Shown here: piece after piece, positions 39,201-43,085 of the stretch
How positions within the stretch are numbered: the stretch's first letter is position 1
Layout of the letters: each line of letters starts with the position of its first letter
DNA from: a virus
Length of the DNA: 43,085 nt
Virus record (IMG/VR): IMGVR_UViG_3300031673_000137
Location: 1-43,085 of that record
Strand: one strand, 5' to 3'
Translations under genes and position numbers: made by a program
Notes under the pieces: model-generated
What the model was told of the DNA's origin: nothing
Databases searched by the model: none
The model's input: the letters and a program-made list of their open reading frames with translations, nothing else

Positions 39201-41240
39201 GGCGTAACTGGCTTGTCGCAAACCCCGATAGGCGGCACGATCACCACCAAAGTTATCTCCGATGGTGTGGCGATTTTGGGGAACGTAATCGGCAGCTTCT
39301 TCGGCGCAAGCAACATTGGCAGCTTGTTGCAAGGACTGTTCGGTTCGTCGTCCACCTCGATCACTGGCACGGGTATCAACTTTGGCGGAACAGCAAAGCA
39401 ATTACAACAAGGGCAGGGCGGATCGCAATACACATCCGGGACTACTACCAGCGAATCGTTCTGGGGGCTGTTCTCCTCGACAAGTACATGGACGCGATAC
39501 GCTGCGCTGAATAGCAGCGTTACCAAAGCCCTCGGTGCTGTATTCGTAAATATCGGCGATACGATAAAAGCGGCGGCGGTATCTCTCGGCGGCGATGCGA
39601 CGACCCTGCAAAGGCAACTCGATGCGTTCGTCATCAGCACGGGTAACGTGAGCCTCGCGGGGATGAACGTGCAGCAGCAGCAGCAGGCGTTGACAAACAT
39701 CGTGTCGCAGCAATCCGATCTGATGGTCGCGGCCATCGTGCCCTCGATGAGAGCGTTCCAAGTGTCAGGGGAAGGCTTGCTGCAAACGCTGGTGCGCGTG
39801 GTGTCTGAGATCGCAACAATCACCGAGTTCTACAAGGTGTTGGGTGACACCACGACCGTCACCGCTGCTTCCGCTGACGCGCTGATAACCGCACTCGGCG
39901 GCGTGGACGCTGCGAACCAAGCGATGACAAAATTCGTCAGTAACTTCGCGCCAGATGCGGTGAAGTCTGCGCAGGCGCTTAACGCTTTGCAAGTCGCGCT
40001 GAACAACGCAGGGCTGAACGGCGTAGCGCCGATGATAAAAACGACACAGGATTACTTCGCGCTGATGCAAATAGCGACCACCGACCAGCGTGTAATTCTC
40101 CTACAACAGCAAGACACCGCGTTGACGTACATCAAGACCATCGGCAGCGCGATGAACCTGATGCTGGACAAAGCATCGAAAGCATCCAGCGCCGCGAAGA
40201 ACGACTTGGGTGCCGCGATAGCGAACGCCTCCGCACTCGCGCAGTCGGTGAAGGGGGCTGCGCAATCGCTCTACACGTCGTTCATGCAGCAGATGACACC
40301 GAACTACCAGCAGCAGATGTACAAGGCCGCGCTGGGGCAGCTACAGACCGCTTACGACCAATACAAAGCCACAGGCGTAGCGCCCAACGCGGCGAGCTTG
40401 CAGCAGGCTGTGAGTACGGTTAGCCAAGGCGGAACGCAGATGTTCGCCTCGGCACTGGACTGGAAGCGTTCCACGATGCAGACCATCGACTTGTTGAGCG
40501 GGATGGGAAACTTAGCCGATGCGCAAGTTACCGTACTCACCCAGATAAGCGGGAGCATGGATAAGCTCCTGGCGGCGACCCAAGAGCAGAACGCGGCTAT
40601 CAACGCGGGGAACATGATCGCCGCAGCGGATGCTGCCGGACGCGCCGCTGTGCAATCCGCGAATCTCGCTTGGCTACTCGGCGTGAACTCTATCCTGTCG
40701 GGTGCCGCGAAGAACAATACGCTGGTCGTTGATCTGGTCGCGCAGACCGTAGCGGCAACGGTGGGCGGCAACGCGGTGCTGGTGGACACCCTGCAAAAGT
40801 ACATCACCGCAGCCGGGCAGACGATGATCGGTTCGGGGGCAACAACTGGCGCGAACGGCTCGTTCTCGTCGGCGGGCAGCGCGATAGCCCTGTCCAGCGC
40901 GAGTGCGCTGAACCAAGTAGCGGGCATGACTTCCGTAGCGGCGTTCACCTCGTCGCTACCGTCCTTTGCGGTAGGCACAAGCTCTGTGCCGTTCGACATG
41001 ACGGCGAACATCCACGCGGGGGAGGAGATAACACCACGGCCTTTTGTCGATGCGCGTAAGGCAGCACAGCAAGAGACGAACGACCTGCTCGCCCGTCTTG
41101 CGAACCCCAATGCGGAAGTCGTCGCTGAACTGAAAGCGGTGCGGCGAGAATTGGCGGACATCCGCCGCACGAATCAGAATATGGACTGGACTACCGACAA
41201 GTGGGATAATGCAGGTATGCCCGAAGTGAGGACTGTCTAA
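36258..41240 (+). CDS. Tape measure protein (1660 aa)
   Basis: Largest gene. Ala/helix-rich with internal hydrophobic segments. Canonical position. Confidence 0.9.
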   Translation: MALAGILEIQLMANMARLSTDMQRAEKTVHDSMDKMGNSVAGVEAAFGKLGHTLALGAVFDQVRRLTDDYTKLTAQLRIATKTQAEYAQGLADVRRIAAESQGDLKATASLYTRLSNSLAQFGATQKQVSSMTEAVALGLKAYGATATEASSAMLQLTQAIGSNRLGGDEFRALMEEMPNMMRILAKSMGVTFGALKTLSAEGKITNAELLKAWSDPALIAALMKQATMTRTITGEMMVFRNNLTMLVGEFMGASKGTEGITASLHLMSDSVLLLAENLKILVLAVTVLSLAYAGKFAVGLVSATNLTLAHSEALAINAAMNLRAAEATNFGAKAALAQGAASALATGETAAATAANVAYRKSAVELAAAQTAASASAVTGITAVGVAMRTAIMANPLLAVATAIGLIVVAIANWDDIIKTSKASLKWFRDDFLGGMGFLAASVGIGIGELVQKLSLLANLTVPQLKSGEFKKQWDELGKLAEQSRIDAAARIAGVGGKQDAAATIEKNAPFSYSARWLVDSGKYMTTAAKRVQEIAAVTKEYQVNIAQLNKEVSTGLRDSANAALVRATLDKGLKDQIAGINREHALAPNVSTFGGMAASLKELIAENKTHETHVGKVTVAYENMHAEMLKAGKDAQMLAAVRHKYGTEAEYQDALAKAQKIDDLVLAEKAAKEAKTASEYAKEQIAKINVLEAARTSEMEFQRSLQGKSKDDQELLLAYHKEELRYAKEISDIRNSSQFAGSNPAVLAEMQKVLDKAKTTHETIKVSIEPTLDEARANAEMNKIRDNFKGVFDGLLEPGVHVPNKIAKSFGAAVNKSIKDALNAALFDDMRDRMATSAANGMKPITDIIKKAKGELDVWATDTFGSIGGAAKGSDQAKQIGMGVSDAMVQMTVALFSRLSRSPSQAQLNSVNQQYIQQWQGTGTVLGDMSAKSTSIVTAMDTLNKTTFAHTDYLAQMNTSMRNMDKNMSSLLTELGKTLGVTGLSQTPIGGTITTKVISDGVAILGNVIGSFFGASNIGSLLQGLFGSSSTSITGTGINFGGTAKQLQQGQGGSQYTSGTTTSESFWGLFSSTSTWTRYAALNSSVTKALGAVFVNIGDTIKAAAVSLGGDATTLQRQLDAFVISTGNVSLAGMNVQQQQQALTNIVSQQSDLMVAAIVPSMRAFQVSGEGLLQTLVRVVSEIATITEFYKVLGDTTTVTAASADALITALGGVDAANQAMTKFVSNFAPDAVKSAQALNALQVALNNAGLNGVAPMIKTTQDYFALMQIATTDQRVILLQQQDTALTYIKTIGSAMNLMLDKASKASSAAKNDLGAAIANASALAQSVKGAAQSLYTSFMQQMTPNYQQQMYKAALGQLQTAYDQYKATGVAPNAASLQQAVSTVSQGGTQMFASALDWKRSTMQTIDLLSGMGNLADAQVTVLTQISGSMDKLLAATQEQNAAINAGNMIAAADAAGRAAVQSANLAWLLGVNSILSGAAKNNTLVVDLVAQTVAATVGGNAVLVDTLQKYITAAGQTMIGSGATTGANGSFSSAGSAIALSSASALNQVAGMTSVAAFTSSLPSFAVGTSSVPFDMTANIHAGEEITPRPFVDARKAAQQETNDLLARLANPNAEVVAELKAVRRELADIRRTNQNMDWTTDKWDNAGMPEVRTV

Positions 41241-42037
41241 TGGCTGTAAAACGCACCGCCCTGAGATCGTTCTATGACGATACGACAATCGTATCGGATT
41301 ACAAAATGCTCATAGGGATGGGGTTAATGGCAGGGCATGACCCCTTCCGGGGTTTTGGTTATCGTTCTGGGCTATCGACTGCGGTAACTGGCGACGACAT
41401 CTGGCAAGGCGCGGCGACAACGCAACCCGTTCCGAATCAAACAACCGGCGAGCAGATGGTTATTGTTTCATCCGCTGCCGCCGATTCTTCCGCCGGTGCG
41501 AATGTCCGCAAAATACATATTCACTATCTCGATAGCGGCGGAAATGAACAAAAAGAAATCGTAACAATGAATGGGGTAACGCCGGTTAATACCGCCGCTA
41601 CGAATATCCGTTTTGTGCAACACATTCATACCTATGAGAACGGAACATTCGGCGCTGCTGCTGCGGGGAACATATCGGTTTATAAAGTTGGGGACGCGGC
41701 TACTGTTTACGCCTACATAAAAGCGGGTGAAAACAAATCGCTCGACTCCTCGAGAATGGTTCCTAACGGAAAAACATTTTATCTATCTTACATCAGTGTT
41801 TCCGGCGCAAGCGGAAAACCGTTGTCGATAAGATTAAGGGCCACCAGTGAGGAAAATGGGACATTGTTCCCCGGTATTTTTTTATTCAATGAACTATTTT
41901 CCGTGCAGGATTCTATCGGAACTATTATGTTTGATATCCCCAGAAAGTTCCCCTCGCTTGCAATAGTCAAAGGGACAGTATTCTCATCGCAAGCTGGCGG
42001 TGAATGCACGATTAACTATGGTGGGTGGATAGAATGA
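41240..42037 (+). CDS. Tail tip protein (distal-tail position), family not recognised (265 aa)
   Basis: Its ATG shares one base with the tape measure stop codon (TAATG). Lies immediately after the tape measure. Confidence 0.55.
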   Translation: MAVKRTALRSFYDDTTIVSDYKMLIGMGLMAGHDPFRGFGYRSGLSTAVTGDDIWQGAATTQPVPNQTTGEQMVIVSSAAADSSAGANVRKIHIHYLDSGGNEQKEIVTMNGVTPVNTAATNIRFVQHIHTYENGTFGAAAAGNISVYKVGDAATVYAYIKAGENKSLDSSRMVPNGKTFYLSYISVSGASGKPLSIRLRATSEENGTLFPGIFLFNELFSVQDSIGTIMFDIPRKFPSLAIVKGTVFSSQAGGECTINYGGWIE

Positions 42038-43085
42038 GTTCTCCCGATTTCAAATTCGTAGCGCCCACCGTTATCACCGATGCGATGCTCACGTCGAGCA
42101 ACGTACCCGAAGCGGTAGCCGCAACCTACGCTGGCGGAACGACCTACGCGCTCGCGGATCGCGTCGGACTTGCCCCTGTTGACGGCGCGGCACAACTTAT
42201 TTACGAATCGCTATCCGCAGGCAACATCGGCAACCCACTCCCTGTCCCCCCGGCTACCGCGACGGCATTTTGGCGTTATGTTGGGAGTGTCTACCCTGCG
42301 TACTCCGCCGCCGTTACCTACGGACTCGGCGCGACAGTATCGAGCACATCAACCAATGTGCATGAGCTGTACGAATCGCTAGTCGCGGGTAATGTCGGCA
42401 ATGCGCTCACTGATGCTACGAAATGGCTTGATCTTGGTTCGACGAACCGCTGGGCGATGTTCGATCAGATCATGGCCAGCCAAACCACAAATGCGGAAAG
42501 CATTACGCTGGTGCTCGCACCGGGCGTACTGATAAATTCTGTTGTACTCGCCAATCTTATCGGCGGCAGTGTTCGTATCCAGCAGTCGATCAGCGGATAC
42601 GACCGAACTATTTCGCTTAATTCTCACGTTGCTGCGGATTGGTACGGCTGGTTCTACGACCCGCTGCTTACCAAGAGCGCGGTGGCGTTCATGGACATCC
42701 CGCCCTATCCAGCGGGTGTACTTACGATCACCATATCAGGAACTAACGGTACTGCCGGGTGCGGGGTTATCGTGCTCGGGCAGGCAACCTACATAGGCAC
42801 AACGTTAGCCAACCCGACCAGGGGGATCAATGACTATTCACGGATTATAGAGGACGCTTGGGGCGGTTTGGTGCTTGTGCCGGGGGGTTACTCTGCTACT
42901 TTGAGTGTCGAGGTATTTGTCCCGGAAGGGTACGAATCGCAAGCCGTGGCTTTACTCGCCAGCATCCGCGCTACACCAGTGATGTTTGTGGCGGGTGACA
43001 ACTTTGATGCCAGCATAGTTTATGGTATTCTTGGGCGAAACTGGACTGTACCTATGGCTGTAACGGGTAATATCGCCCGACTTGA
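42034..43085 (+). CDS. Tail tip / host-recognition-associated protein, 5' part (full gene 42034 -> junction -> 146, 356 aa)
   Basis: ATGA overlap with the previous gene. The frame has no stop up to the window end, which is why the ORF track does not list it. It contains two copies of a Y..G..V....YESL.AGN.GN.L motif. Confidence 0.7.
   Translation, partial: MSSPDFKFVAPTVITDAMLTSSNVPEAVAATYAGGTTYALADRVGLAPVDGAAQLIYESLSAGNIGNPLPVPPATATAFWRYVGSVYPAYSAAVTYGLGATVSSTSTNVHELYESLVAGNVGNALTDATKWLDLGSTNRWAMFDQIMASQTTNAESITLVLAPGVLINSVVLANLIGGSVRIQQSISGYDRTISLNSHVAADWYGWFYDPLLTKSAVAFMDIPPYPAGVLTITISGTNGTAGCGVIVLGQATYIGTTLANPTRGINDYSRIIEDAWGGLVLVPGGYSATLSVEVFVPEGYESQAVALLASIRATPVMFVAGDNFDASIVYGILGRNWTVPMAVTGNIARL
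42959..43085. repeat. Second copy of the 127-bp terminal overlap
   Basis: Identical to 1-127. Confidence 0.95.

Overview
The window is a complete tailed dsDNA phage genome. Bases 1-127 are identical to 42959-43085, so the unique length is 42,958 bp, either a closed circular assembly or a terminally redundant molecule. One tail gene starts at 42034 and runs across the junction to 146.

Genome layout:
- Late operon, + strand, 23.36 kb to the end and wrapping to 4.06 kb. It carries terS, an HNH endonuclease, terL, an HK97-type portal, prohead protease and major capsid. Then come head-tail joining genes, the major tail protein, a G/GT chaperone pair with a -1 frameshift site, a 1660-aa tape measure, tail tip and fiber genes, and a lysis cassette (M15 endolysin plus 3-TM holin). 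This predicts a siphovirus.
- Leftward replication operon, - strand, 14.26 to 4.06 kb. It carries a DUF2800-type exonuclease, a DPPY DNA methyltransferase, a DUF2815-type SSB, a free-standing HNH, two paralogous zinc-knuckle proteins, a family A DNA polymerase, VRR-NUC and an SNF2 helicase.
- Rightward early operon, 14.38-18.36 kb. It carries a Cro/YdaS-like HTH, a GIY-YIG protein, a primase-polymerase/helicase and a Mom-like GNAT-fold protein.
- Accessory region, 18.5-23.3 kb, mostly unrecognisable. It holds a motif-rich control region, a 33-bp x 4.5 iteron array and small ORFs packaged as cassettes with shared leaders and terminators. It also holds a compound C-rich satellite (13-, 7-, 5- and 3-bp units in series) just upstream of terS.

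I saw no integrase, CI-type repressor, tRNA, rRNA or CRISPR array.

All functional calls come from motif recognition by eye and from gene order. None is verified by a database search. Most gene starts were refined from the ORF track using RBS position and start/stop overlaps.
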